Source: Candidatus Woesebacteria bacterium (lineage in GTDB: Bacteria; Patescibacteriota; Microgenomatia; UBA8517). From it: a DNA stretch of 64,000 nucleotides. Below, piece by piece: positions 1 to 8,335 of this stretch (position 1 is the first letter of the stretch; each line of letters opens with the position of its first letter). Below the pieces are notes generated by a model. The model did not search any database, was not told the DNA's origin, and was given only the letters and a program-made list of their open reading frames with translations. The stretch is taken from the NCBI GenBank assembly GCA_016700095.1, contig CP065002.1:1188145-1252144 (forward strand), given 5' to 3'. A program made the position numbers and the translations under genes.

Positions 1-381
1 TCCTAACGGAGTCGAGACATTTTGTCCCAAGTACAACTCAAGTATCTTAGAGCGATTTACCTTAATCCTCACCAGTATCCCTGCATTACCAGCCAATTTT
101 CTTTGTATAGGGGTTAGTAAAGAATTTCCCCTCTCATCATCCATCAGTAGAAAATTAGGAATTGTCTCGTTAAATATCCTTGATAAAGTCCGTGTACTCA
201 TGTTGTTTTCCTCTGCCCAATGGTCACGATTATGTAACTCTGTCCATTCTCGTTGCCATCCTACGGAATCACGCATTACCGAGCAAAATAATTTCCAAGC
301 CAAGGGACTAAGGACTTTTTTAACAAAGTCGAGGTAGAGATGGTCAAACTGTGTATAGCCTTTATTCTTCGTAGTCTCCAT
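1..381 (-). CDS. Partial CDS running off the window start; MGE-associated hypothetical protein with an HTH-like segment (METTKNKGYTQFDHLYLDFVKKVLSPLAWKLF...MSTRTLSRIFNETIP...)
   Basis: Manual minus-strand translation from ATG at 379-381 to position 1 has no stop. It is absent from the ORF track because its stop lies outside the window. The start overlaps the end of the SpoVG-like gene. Function guessed only from an HTH-like motif. Confidence 0.35.
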   Translation of the reverse strand, partial: METTKNKGYTQFDHLYLDFVKKVLSPLAWKLFCSVMRDSVGWQREWTELHNRDHWAEENNMSTRTLSRIFNETIPNFLLMDDERGNSLLTPIQRKLAGNAGILVRIKVNRSKILELYLGQNVSTPLG

Positions 382-682
382 AGTTAATCCTTTCCTTAAT
401 CAGCTCCTCAAACTTTTCCGTTATAGATTTCTGGATAGCGTCACCAACTTCCCTGCTTATAGGGTAGAAGTAGTAATAATTCTGTCCATTCGATAACTTT
501 TTCGTGGGGTAGGAAAGCCTATACGAACCATCAGCTTTACTAACGATTCCAATGTTGTCCAACCTCAACATCCTATTGATAATGCAACTGGCAAATGCCA
601 CAAGTCCATCACTTGACCGAATGGGAATTATCCGAACCTCGCTTACCTGAATATCACCGCTGGTGCTGCCTGGGCTGCCCAT
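362..682 (-). CDS. spoVG: SpoVG-family protein (phage-associated homologue)
   Basis: Aligns to B. subtilis SpoVG from memory (V.DVR...AFAS...D.F...I.V...DG.......P.KK..NG.......PI....R..I). Strong RBS AAAGGAGG 4 nt upstream of the ATG. Confidence 0.65.
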   Translation of the reverse strand: MGSPGSTSGDIQVSEVRIIPIRSSDGLVAFASCIINRMLRLDNIGIVSKADGSYRLSYPTKKLSNGQNYYYFYPISREVGDAIQKSITEKFEELIKERINYGDYEE

Positions 683-894
683 GCTACCTCCTTTCTCCAG
701 TCATAAGGTGTAATCCTGACCTCATCCTTTCGCTTGGGTAAGACTACCGCTTTAACTGGCTTTGGTTGTGTAACAGGAGTAGAGAGTGAAGATTCCTCGT
801 ACAAGAACTGAAGGGATGGAACAAACCGAGTTATAAAAGAAGGGAAGTTATCCGTTGTGAGATTGTCTGTGAGTTTAATCTTTTCGTGATTCAT
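643..894 (-). CDS. Hypothetical protein (83 aa) in the island
   Basis: ORF co-directional with the island genes. Overlaps the spoVG start by 40 nt. No recognisable motif. Confidence 0.3.
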   Translation of the reverse strand: MNHEKIKLTDNLTTDNFPSFITRFVPSLQFLYEESSLSTPVTQPKPVKAVVLPKRKDEVRITPYDWRKEVAWAAQAAPAVIFR

Positions 895-1013
895 AGTCCG
901 TTAAATAAAAAGCCACCTCTTTTGCTGAACCTGGATAGGTTCTGCTAAATAAGGTGGTCGAACTATGACCTCCGATTAGATTAATAATAATGTATTACTT
1001 CTGCAACTCAAAG

Positions 1014-1433
1014 TCAACTGGCTCTCCAGGTGTCTCCTCTCATTTTATTGAGCATCTCATCAATTTCCCCTGGGGTCTTTGGTACACTCGGCATTTCAAC
1101 TTTGCCTCTTGGTGCTTCCCAGCCTGACCATTTTCCTACAAGGTTAAGCCCTGCAACTGACACAGCATCGCTTTCCTTGGGCTGCATGATAATTTCCCTT
1201 GCCCTTTTGATTGCTACTTGTTGAGTAATGCCGCTATCCTGCATCAGCCCATCTAACGCTTCCCTTATCTTTGGCTTCCTCATGTTCTTTTTAGCTATAT
1301 CCTTTGGGTCTTTGCAATCTGGGTAAGCTATTCTTGCTGCCTTTGTTGGAGAGAGTAGTTCGATTACTTTCTGCACAAAGACTTGCTGTTTTATTGTAAG
1401 AGTGTCTGATTTTGTCCTCATAGTCGTGAGCAA
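1014..1433 (-). CDS. terS: Phage terminase small subunit-like protein (Terminase_2/HTH type)
   Basis: N-terminal LTIKQQVFVQKVIELLSPTKAARIAYP..KNMRKPKIREAL matches the TerS pattern (LTxKQxxFxxxYxxxxNxTxAAxxAGYS...NLxKPxIxxxI). No large terminase is adjacent. Confidence 0.5.
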   Translation of the reverse strand: MLTTMRTKSDTLTIKQQVFVQKVIELLSPTKAARIAYPDCKDPKDIAKKNMRKPKIREALDGLMQDSGITQQVAIKRAREIIMQPKESDAVSVAGLNLVGKWSGWEAPRGKVEMPSVPKTPGEIDEMLNKMRGDTWRAS

Positions 1434-1512
1434 AAGACAACTATTTTCACCAAAACACGCTCAATTCACATACGGAGGGGTGACAAAGGGGGACAATCTA
1501 AGTATAACAGAA

Positions 1513-1779
1513 TTACAATAGATTCAACTTGCCCATCACAAAATCTATAACAGAAAACCCAGTAACAGTGTAAATCGCAAGGTCAATTAATCCATAGAAT
1601 ACTAAAAACGCAATAACGCCAGAGACAATGTAAACGCCACTCCAGAACAACTTAATGAGGAAAAGAAAAGGTTCATCAGTTGCCTTTGGCTTGAAATCAT
1701 TCTCAGTTGCCCACTCCAGATTGTATGGGTCGTCATTGAAAGGGTCTATGTAAACTTCAACTTCTTTTTTTACCTTCAT
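1513..1779 (-). CDS. Small membrane protein (two C-terminal TM helices; holin-like by topology only)
   Basis: 88 aa with a hydrophilic N-terminus and hydrophobic segments FWSGVYIVSGVIAFLVFYGLIDLAIYTVTGF. Confidence 0.35.
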   Translation of the reverse strand: MKVKKEVEVYIDPFNDDPYNLEWATENDFKPKATDEPFLFLIKLFWSGVYIVSGVIAFLVFYGLIDLAIYTVTGFSVIDFVMGKLNLL

Positions 1780-1864
1780 AAATAAAATGGCAGCTTAAGA
1801 CCTCGTGTAGTCCCTTGGCTGCCTCAGTGTGCTGTCAGCAAATATAGCGTGATATTACCATGAT

Positions 1865-2164
1865 GTGACTGTGAGACGCAAGACTCCTGGTCACATACTT
1901 AGTAAATTATGGTTTATGGGAAAGGTTAATAAAAGTTTTCCAATCAACGAAAAAGAGAAAGAGGAGGTGCAGCAGAAGTTTGGCAAGAGGCTTGCTGAAC
2001 TACGGAGTGGTAAATTTACTCAAGAAAAATTCGCATTCGAGGTGGGAGTTGACAGAACCTATATCAGCTACATCGAAAGGGGAGAAAAGAATCCATCTCT
2101 TTATGTTTTGGCAAGAATGGCAAAAGCCCTTAAAATTAGTTTGTCGGAGTTAGTAAGCTTTTAA
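1865..2164 (+). CDS. XRE-family helix-turn-helix transcriptional regulator (cI/Cro- or C-protein-like)
   Basis: Canonical HTH_3 signature FGKRLAELRSGKFTQEKFAFEVGVDRTYISYIERGEKNPSLYVLARMAKALKISLSEL. The true start may be the internal Met (MGKVNK...). Its 3' end overlaps vsr convergently by about 29 nt. Confidence 0.75.
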   Translation: MTVRRKTPGHILSKLWFMGKVNKSFPINEKEKEEVQQKFGKRLAELRSGKFTQEKFAFEVGVDRTYISYIERGEKNPSLYVLARMAKALKISLSELVSF

Positions 2165-2552
2165 TTTCACTTAATTTTTTCTGAAGCTGGATTTTGTCGC
2201 TCAATTCGTGTTCCCAAAGCCTAATCACAGTCCAACCTATTTCATTATAGTGACTATTTACTAAGTTGTCTCGTTTTTTATTTCTGCTTATTTTCTCTCT
2301 CCAATAATCCTGGTTGCTGTTCGGCATTCTTAGATGTGAATCGCAACCATGCCAGAAACATGAATCTATAAATAAAACCACTTTTTTACTTTTAAAGACA
2401 AGGTCAGGCTTTCCAAAATAACGAGGGTTATTTTTTCTGTATCTTATACCTTCTGTCCAAAGTTTTTTCCTAAACTCAATCTCAAGCTTAGTCTCCTTGC
2501 TTTTTACCTTGCGCATTATTTCACTGCGTTTTGCTTTGGACACTTTATCCAT
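2136..2552 (-). CDS. vsr: Very-short-patch repair endonuclease Vsr
   Basis: Vsr core FIDSCFWHGC (cf. VDGCFWHGH). About 140 aa. Sits directly downstream of a C5-MTase/REase pair, as is typical for 5mC R-M systems. Confidence 0.8.
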   Translation of the reverse strand: MDKVSKAKRSEIMRKVKSKETKLEIEFRKKLWTEGIRYRKNNPRYFGKPDLVFKSKKVVLFIDSCFWHGCDSHLRMPNSNQDYWREKISRNKKRDNLVNSHYNEIGWTVIRLWEHELSDKIQLQKKLSEIKSLLTPTN

Positions 2553-2558
2553 ATTAGA

Positions 2559-3329
2559 TTAACGGACTATGGCACAGGGGTTTATCTTGAACTGAAGCAT
2601 TTTAGCTGATTCTCTACCGCCATCTCCGCCTTTTCTTTGCATTGTAATTTTTCCAATTTTTAAACTTCCCTGATTCGTAATATACACTTTGCCGCCCCCA
2701 TAAAAATTCATAACTACAGATATAGGAAGTAATGTCCACACACTTACATCTTTCTGGTATATTAGCATCCACGCTGCAGCAAGCTTGTCTCTTCCTTTTA
2801 AGATGTCGCTTACAATCATTATTTTGTTTTCTTCAAAGAACTTAACTAATTCATTTTGAGAATTAGAATCTAATTCATCTAAAAACATTCTTCTACCATC
2901 CCTTGTGTTTGTCCTGCTGGGTGAAAACTCTCCAGTAAAAAGTTTTAGTGAATGAGCGATATTGTCTGGAATTGCCCATAGTTCGATATATTTATCAACC
3001 CATCTTTTATCAACTTGATTAAAACCAGTGGGGTTGCTCACCAATTTTATGGATAAATTCTCTGCAGAGATGGCGTTTTTAAGATAAATTTTTATTTTTA
3101 CCTGCACATCTGTTTTATACGAACCTGTAATTTTCACTGCTTCTACTTTTTCAATCTCCTCGAGATTGTAGTTCATAACAGTTAGCCAGTCTTGAGCATC
3201 AAGGTCTGACTTCCAATTATTAAATTTTTCTACCACATCATTTTCATTTTTAAATCCGCCTTTTGCAGTAGCAGAACCTCGTTTTACCAATTCGTCTATA
3301 TTGTTTGTTGTATTGCTGTAATTAGACAT
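2559..3329 (-). CDS. Type II restriction endonuclease, MspI/HpaII-like family (CCGG-type inferred)
   Basis: 256 aa. Segments TGSYKTDVQVKI and ...SAKMLQFKI resemble MspI GGSPKTDATIRF and ...KAKKMQFKG (recalled from memory). Overlaps the upstream MTase stop by 8 nt, suggesting translational coupling. Confidence 0.5.
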   Translation of the reverse strand: MSNYSNTTNNIDELVKRGSATAKGGFKNENDVVEKFNNWKSDLDAQDWLTVMNYNLEEIEKVEAVKITGSYKTDVQVKIKIYLKNAISAENLSIKLVSNPTGFNQVDKRWVDKYIELWAIPDNIAHSLKLFTGEFSPSRTNTRDGRRMFLDELDSNSQNELVKFFEENKIMIVSDILKGRDKLAAAWMLIYQKDVSVWTLLPISVVMNFYGGGKVYITNQGSLKIGKITMQRKGGDGGRESAKMLQFKINPCAIVR

Positions 3330-4383
3330 TATAAGTTTCCAGATTTAGTTGCTCTATCTTACCCCTTTTTTTAGTAAGGGACTTCTCGTTCTCCGTTAAG
3401 GGATATGTCTCTAAAACTTTTTTAAATATTGCAATCAATACTGGGACAGAGACACTATCGCCAAATTGTTTATAAGCGATGTTTCGTTTTACTGGAATAA
3501 CGAAACTCTCAGGATAACCTTGTAGCCTTGCGCACTCTCTGGGAGTTAGTTTCCGCACTTTGTTATTTATAAAATAAGCCCCTGTCTTGCTGGCTGCACC
3601 GCCACCATAAGCCGATAGGGTTATTCCTGAAGCATATATTGAATATATTCTTTCCCCTTGACCTCCTTTGTTTATTTTACCTATTTGCAAAGGTCTTCTT
3701 GGGTCATTCACAGATTTTTCGTCACCATATATTTCCATATCGCTTCGGTTAATGTAACAGTCTTTATCAACATTGATTTCAGGCTCTATAATGTCTTTTA
3801 CAACCTTTAGTGAATTTGAATTATTGGGAAAGGTAAACTCGGTTACATTCAAATCCTTCCTAAATGCAACCATATACACTCTTTCTCTTGCTTGTGGAAC
3901 TCCATAATCACTTGAACGAAGCACTTTAATGAAAGTATTATATCCAACCTCATTAAGAGTATTCTCAATTACTTTAATCGTATTACCATTATCATGTCTT
4001 AATAAATTCTTTACATTTTCTAAGAATAATATTTTAGGTTGGTGGTATTTAGCAATTCGAGCAATATCTCTGAACAGAGTACCTCTTGTATCATCAAAAC
4101 CAAGTCTTTTTCCTGAAATGCTAAATGCTTGACAAGGAAAACCAGCACATAACACATCATGTCTTGGAATATTTTTTTCCTTAATCTTTGTTATATCTCC
4201 CTGAGGTGTATCACCAAAATTTGCAGAATATGTTGACTGTGAATTTTTATCCCATTCAGAACTGAAAATGCACATTCCTCCAAGTTCCTCCAATGCCATT
4301 CTGAACCCACCAATACCAGCAAATAGGTCTATAAAAGTAAATTTATTGCTTTTTCCGTTAATAGTTTTGCTTGTTTTGCTCAT
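3322..4383 (-). CDS. DNA (cytosine-5)-methyltransferase, Dcm-type
   Basis: Motif I FIDLFAGIGGF, motif IV GFPCQAFS, motif VI ENV, and a C-terminal LTPRECARLQGYPESF. Non-permuted C5-MTase architecture. Confidence 0.9.
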   Translation of the reverse strand: MSKTSKTINGKSNKFTFIDLFAGIGGFRMALEELGGMCIFSSEWDKNSQSTYSANFGDTPQGDITKIKEKNIPRHDVLCAGFPCQAFSISGKRLGFDDTRGTLFRDIARIAKYHQPKILFLENVKNLLRHDNGNTIKVIENTLNEVGYNTFIKVLRSSDYGVPQARERVYMVAFRKDLNVTEFTFPNNSNSLKVVKDIIEPEINVDKDCYINRSDMEIYGDEKSVNDPRRPLQIGKINKGGQGERIYSIYASGITLSAYGGGAASKTGAYFINNKVRKLTPRECARLQGYPESFVIPVKRNIAYKQFGDSVSVPVLIAIFKKVLETYPLTENEKSLTKKRGKIEQLNLETYNV

Positions 4384-4429
4384 AAATTTTAATGATTATT
4401 GCTTTATAGTATATCAGTTTTTCTGCTAA

Positions 4430-4720
4430 ATGCGCTATAATAAATTTATGGGAATAAGACAAGGTGTAACTCGATATACGAGTGGGTACATTCGAAAGTT
4501 AACTAATAGCGAAAAGGCAAGAGGCTATATGTTTATCTCAAACGATAGGTTAATTAAAGGTAATAAAGATATAAAAATCATTATTGGTAATAAAAATTTC
4601 TCTGGGGAAAATATAGACAATTCAGGTAGAATAGTTGCTGGTAAAGATGTAATTCAAGATATAGGAAATAAAGATATAACTTTTAAACTAAGCGGTAACA
4701 GATTAACGATAACCTTCTAA
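4430..4720 (+). CDS. Hypothetical Gly/Asn/Lys-rich protein (96 aa); may be junction filler
   Basis: ORF only. No RBS and no recognisable domain. Lies between the island MTase and the truncated comM. Confidence 0.2.
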   Translation: MRYNKFMGIRQGVTRYTSGYIRKLTNSEKARGYMFISNDRLIKGNKDIKIIIGNKNFSGENIDNSGRIVAGKDVIQDIGNKDITFKLSGNRLTITF

Positions 4721-4742
4721 AATTCTTGAACAATGTACATCC

Positions 4743-5807
4743 CTAAGGACAAGGATTGCTGGCAGCAACCAACAAAAATTTCGCGGGGTATGAGACGGTT
4801 GCTTTGGCTCTGGATATTGTAACTACACCATCCTCCATTGGTTGGCGCAAACTTTCGAGAACGTTTCTGGGAAATTCGGGAAATTCATCTAGAAAAAGTA
4901 CACCTCGATGTGCCAGCGAAACCTCGCCTGGAGTTGGATTGCTCCCTCCGCCAATTAAACCAATTCGACTCGTGGTGTGATGTGGACTACGAAACGGCCT
5001 TGAAATCATAAGCGATTGACCGGATGGTAAATTGCCGGTTATGGAATATATCTTGGTAACCGAAAGTGCTTCATCTTCGTTTAACAAAGGTAGTATCCCC
5101 GGCAATGCACGCGCTAGCATGGTTTTCCCCGATCCGGGAGATCCGCGCATAAAAATATTGTGTCCACCCGCCGCAGCGATTTCCATTGCCCTTTTGGCTT
5201 GTTCTTGTCCAATAATTTCACTAAAGTCAAATTCCGCACTAGCGGTTTTGAGTAATTTACTAAACGATGTTTTTACGACTGGAATAATTGAAATTGTTCC
5301 GGAAAAATATCGAACTAATTCAAGGAGATTCTCAACCGGATAAACATCAATGCCGGTTACAACACTTGCCTCTTTTGCGTTCACGCTCGGTACAAATATT
5401 TTCTTAATATCCCTACTTTGACTTGCAAGATTGGCAATTGGCAACAATCCGTTTGTGTGTCTTAAACCTCCGTCAAGAGACAATTCCCCCATAAACATAC
5501 AATCGTTAACAGTTGGCGCTATTTGTCCCGAAGCAAGCAGAATCCCTAGAGCAATCGGCAAATCGTATGCCGGTCCGTTTTTGGGTAAATCGGCAGGCGC
5601 TAAATTTACCGTTATCCGCGACATGGGAAAATCAGCACCGGTGTTTTTTATGGCTGATCTTACACGCTCTTTACTTTCTTCCACCGCCTTATCGGGTAAA
5701 CCAACAATAGTGAAGCTGGGCAAACCTTCTTGGGGAATATCGACTTCTACTTCAATTCTTTTAGCATCCAAACCGAGAACGGCACCAGAGGTAACTTTAG
5801 CAAGCAT
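4743..5807 (-). CDS. comM: ComM/YifB Mg-chelatase-like AAA+ ATPase, C-terminally truncated (ends at the NPCP motif; about 150 aa missing)
   Basis: N-terminal Lon-like domain plus Walker A GSPGSGKT, Walker [11 protein letters not shown], then ...[10 protein letters not shown] followed by stop TAG at 4743-4745. Full-length ComM continues NPCPCG... to about 500 aa. Confidence 0.8.
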   Translation of the reverse strand: MLAKVTSGAVLGLDAKRIEVEVDIPQEGLPSFTIVGLPDKAVEESKERVRSAIKNTGADFPMSRITVNLAPADLPKNGPAYDLPIALGILLASGQIAPTVNDCMFMGELSLDGGLRHTNGLLPIANLASQSRDIKKIFVPSVNAKEASVVTGIDVYPVENLLELVRYFSGTISIIPVVKTSFSKLLKTASAEFDFSEIIGQEQAKRAMEIAAAGGHNIFMRGSPGSGKTMLARALPGILPLLNEDEALSVTKIYSITGNLPSGQSLMISRPFRSPHHTTSRIGLIGGGSNPTPGEVSLAHRGVLFLDEFPEFPRNVLESLRQPMEDGVVTISRAKATVSYPAKFLLVAASNPCP

Positions 5808-5873
5808 AATTAAATATACAACGAACCAACAATTTTTGCGACGACTTAGGGAGAAGTCTTGGGAACTGCTTTG

Positions 5874-6335
5874 TCACTTACTTCTCTCGAAATTAATTGG
5901 CGTCGTGGGAAGGGGGGTAACAATTATATTTTTATTAATTTCAGTGTCGGAAGGAGTCGTGCTGTGCACCTGAACACTAGTCTTGTTATTTTTGTTTTTG
6001 AAATATAAAACAAAGGCTTCTGACGGAGAGATTTTTTCAATGTTTTCAAAATTTATTTTTTCAATGCGAGAAACCACCTTTCCGTCTTTGAAAGCCACAA
6101 TCCTTTTGATGGGACTTTTACGTTCAAATACCAATGAAAAAATACTAAGTAAAATCATCAAAGGAATCACAGAAATTATCAGAAACAACCACCAGTACGA
6201 CTTGGTACTTTCTTTGAATAACATTTTAAAAGTCTTGAAGTTCAAACTAACAAAAACAGTCGTAAAAAATATTAACCCAACATAAGCTGCCAGTCTAATT
6301 AATGTGACAACGTTTGCGTTAAAATTTACATCCAT
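5874..6335 (-). CDS. Membrane protein (two N-terminal TM helices), co-transcribed with the upstream receiver gene
   Basis: 153 aa. Start abuts the response-regulator stop (6335/6336). Hydrophobic N-terminal segments. Confidence 0.4.
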   Translation of the reverse strand: MDVNFNANVVTLIRLAAYVGLIFFTTVFVSLNFKTFKMLFKESTKSYWWLFLIISVIPLMILLSIFSLVFERKSPIKRIVAFKDGKVVSRIEKINFENIEKISPSEAFVLYFKNKNNKTSVQVHSTTPSDTEINKNIIVTPLPTTPINFERSK

Positions 6336-6734
6336 TTATTTAGAAGACAAATGCTCTCTCACCTTGTTTACAACTGTTTCGGGGGTTTGCATTGCTTTTA
6401 CCAGATATTCAATAGCTCCAAGACGCTCGGCTTTCCTTCTGTCATTTTGGCTTACCATATTCGTTAAAATAATAACCGGAATATCTCTTCCTTTTTTTGT
6501 CGCCCTAAGTTTTTCCAAAACATCTAGACCAGATTCTCTGGGCAAACCCACATCAAGAAGAATCAAATTAATATCTTCGTTCTGGGCAAGTTTCAAACCG
6601 GTTTCACCGTCATGGGCAACAAGGATTTTGAATGCCTCAATTGTGAATTTTTCTTCATATAATCTGGAGAGGGTCAAATCGTCCTCGATTAATAAAACCG
6701 TTGCAAGATAAACTCTGCCGTCAGTATCTGTCAT
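6336..6734 (-). CDS. Stand-alone response regulator receiver domain (CheY-like)
   Basis: LIEDD...LLDVGLPRESGLDVLEKLR...IPVIILTN...K. Phospho-acceptor Asp context is present. No output domain. Confidence 0.8.
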   Translation of the reverse strand: MTDTDGRVYLATVLLIEDDLTLSRLYEEKFTIEAFKILVAHDGETGLKLAQNEDINLILLDVGLPRESGLDVLEKLRATKKGRDIPVIILTNMVSQNDRRKAERLGAIEYLVKAMQTPETVVNKVREHLSSK

Positions 6735-7092
6735 TAAAATCTAAATGTAATGTCATATTACCCCACCTTAAGAATTTGTTCAATTAGCTATAAAGTAATA
6801 CTTGTCTTGATACCACTTACTATAATTTCTCCCGCTACACACCATATCCTTACGCTTTTATATTTAGAAAATTTAGTAAATTTTAATTCTCCAAACGTTT
6901 ACCAATTTAATGTTAGTAATCAATCTTAATTCAGGTTTGTTATTTATAACACATGTTTTCGGCAGTTTGAATATATTCCCCTAAACATACCTAGTTAAAG
7001 AAAATTACTTAATATATGCAAGACAATTATCGATCAATACGTCACTTCATGTGTTTGCATAGCTAGACAAAACACACTTTGACAAGTTAATT

Positions 7093-7752
7093 TTGTTGTG
7101 GGAACATATATCTGTGAGAAGTTATTACAAAATACTTATTTTCGTCGCCCTGATTGTCGTTTCAAGTTTTGTTGTCGTCAAAAAAATAAGTGCCTCGGAA
7201 GGTGTAGCGGAATTACGCAGTACAAATGGTGAAGACTATAGATGCGTAGTTGAGTCACAGTTGGCGCAAGATCGGACTTATAAACTACTTGTGACGTGCC
7301 GTGATCTAATATATCCATCTGATTCCACGGTTTTTTCGTACATATTATGGGCCAACCCAACCGATGGGGGTAAGATTATTAAATTGGGAGCTCTTGACTT
7401 CGGTAAAAAATTATTTACTTCAAAAAGAGCATTTACCAGTATTTTCATTACAACGGAGACGGCTCTAAAAGGTGAAGCGCCACAAGGTCCGGTTGTTATG
7501 CAGGGAACAACCCTACCACGGGCATTTTTGGATAAACCCACAAGTCCAACCCCTACACCCGAAGGTCAAGAAATTACGGAAGAGGTCGTCACAAAAACGC
7601 CAGATAAAAATCAAGCGGAAGACGAAAAGGTTCCCTCTACGAGAAATCGATTAAGCACGGCTTTGAGAAGGGCAAGTTTAATAGGAGTAATAATTCTTCT
7701 TATCGGCGCAGTTGTCGCATTAGTTGTAATTCTTCGTTCCAAAAAGAGATAA
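7093..7752 (+). CDS. Membrane-anchored surface protein: N-terminal signal/TM, Pro/Thr-rich linker, C-terminal TM helix plus RSKKR tail
   Basis: TTG start per the ORF track. N-terminus ILIFVALIVVSSFVVV, PTSPTPTPEGQ linker, and C-terminus LIGVIILLIGAVVALVVILRSKKR (sorting-signal-like architecture without LPXTG). Confidence 0.4.
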   Translation: MLWEHISVRSYYKILIFVALIVVSSFVVVKKISASEGVAELRSTNGEDYRCVVESQLAQDRTYKLLVTCRDLIYPSDSTVFSYILWANPTDGGKIIKLGALDFGKKLFTSKRAFTSIFITTETALKGEAPQGPVVMQGTTLPRAFLDKPTSPTPTPEGQEITEEVVTKTPDKNQAEDEKVPSTRNRLSTALRRASLIGVIILLIGAVVALVVILRSKKR

Positions 7753-7797
7753 AGAAAATTCTTCTAATTTACGTAAAAAAAGTTAGGCAATGAAGCA

Positions 7798-8259
7798 TTA
7801 AGCAATTCCCAGATGTTTTTTGACTTTCAATACCACTTCTCCCGGTGTTAGATTTGCCTTAAGTAAGTATTCTTTTGCTCCCAACTGGATGGCTTTTTGT
7901 TCTTCGTCTTTTTCAGATAAATTGGTAAGAATTATAACCGGTATAGTTTTTCCCTTAGTGTCGGTTCTTAGTTTCTCCAACAAATCTATTCCCGAAAGTT
8001 GTGGCATCATAATATCTAAAACAATAAAGGAGGGGTCGTTTTTTAAAGCCATATTTAAACCGGTTAGTCCATCCTCGGCTACCATTACTTGAAATCCTTC
8101 ATGAGTAAATTTCGCCTGATACATTTTTACGATCAGGGGATCGTCTTCGACAATTAACACTTTCGGAGAATTTGACATCTTTGCAGTCGACCCATCTTGC
8201 ACACCCTCAACTTCATCGGTCTTTATCGGCTCAACTGTTTTTTCATCTGAATCACTCAT
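7798..8259 (-). CDS. Stand-alone response regulator receiver domain (paralogue of 6336..6734)
   Basis: VLIVEDDPLIVKMY...LDIMMPQLSGIDLLEKLR...IPVIILTN...AKEYLLK. About 50% identical by eye to the other receiver. Confidence 0.8.
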   Translation of the reverse strand: MSDSDEKTVEPIKTDEVEGVQDGSTAKMSNSPKVLIVEDDPLIVKMYQAKFTHEGFQVMVAEDGLTGLNMALKNDPSFIVLDIMMPQLSGIDLLEKLRTDTKGKTIPVIILTNLSEKDEEQKAIQLGAKEYLLKANLTPGEVVLKVKKHLGIA

Positions 8260-8335
8260 AATTTCATTATCTTTGTTTTCTTGTGATTATGCAACAATTG
8301 GATACTTAAATTTTTTGTCTTTGAAAATTTTATTG

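Noticed and set aside
1865-2164. Interpreting the XRE gene as the R-M controller (C) protein
   Set aside because: C proteins are normally co-oriented with and upstream of the REase. This gene is convergent with vsr and fits better as the island's cI/Cro-type repressor. It is kept as a generic XRE regulator.
5431-5973. 180-aa plus-strand ORF overlapping comM
   Set aside because: Entirely antisense to a well-supported AAA+ gene. Low-complexity translation.
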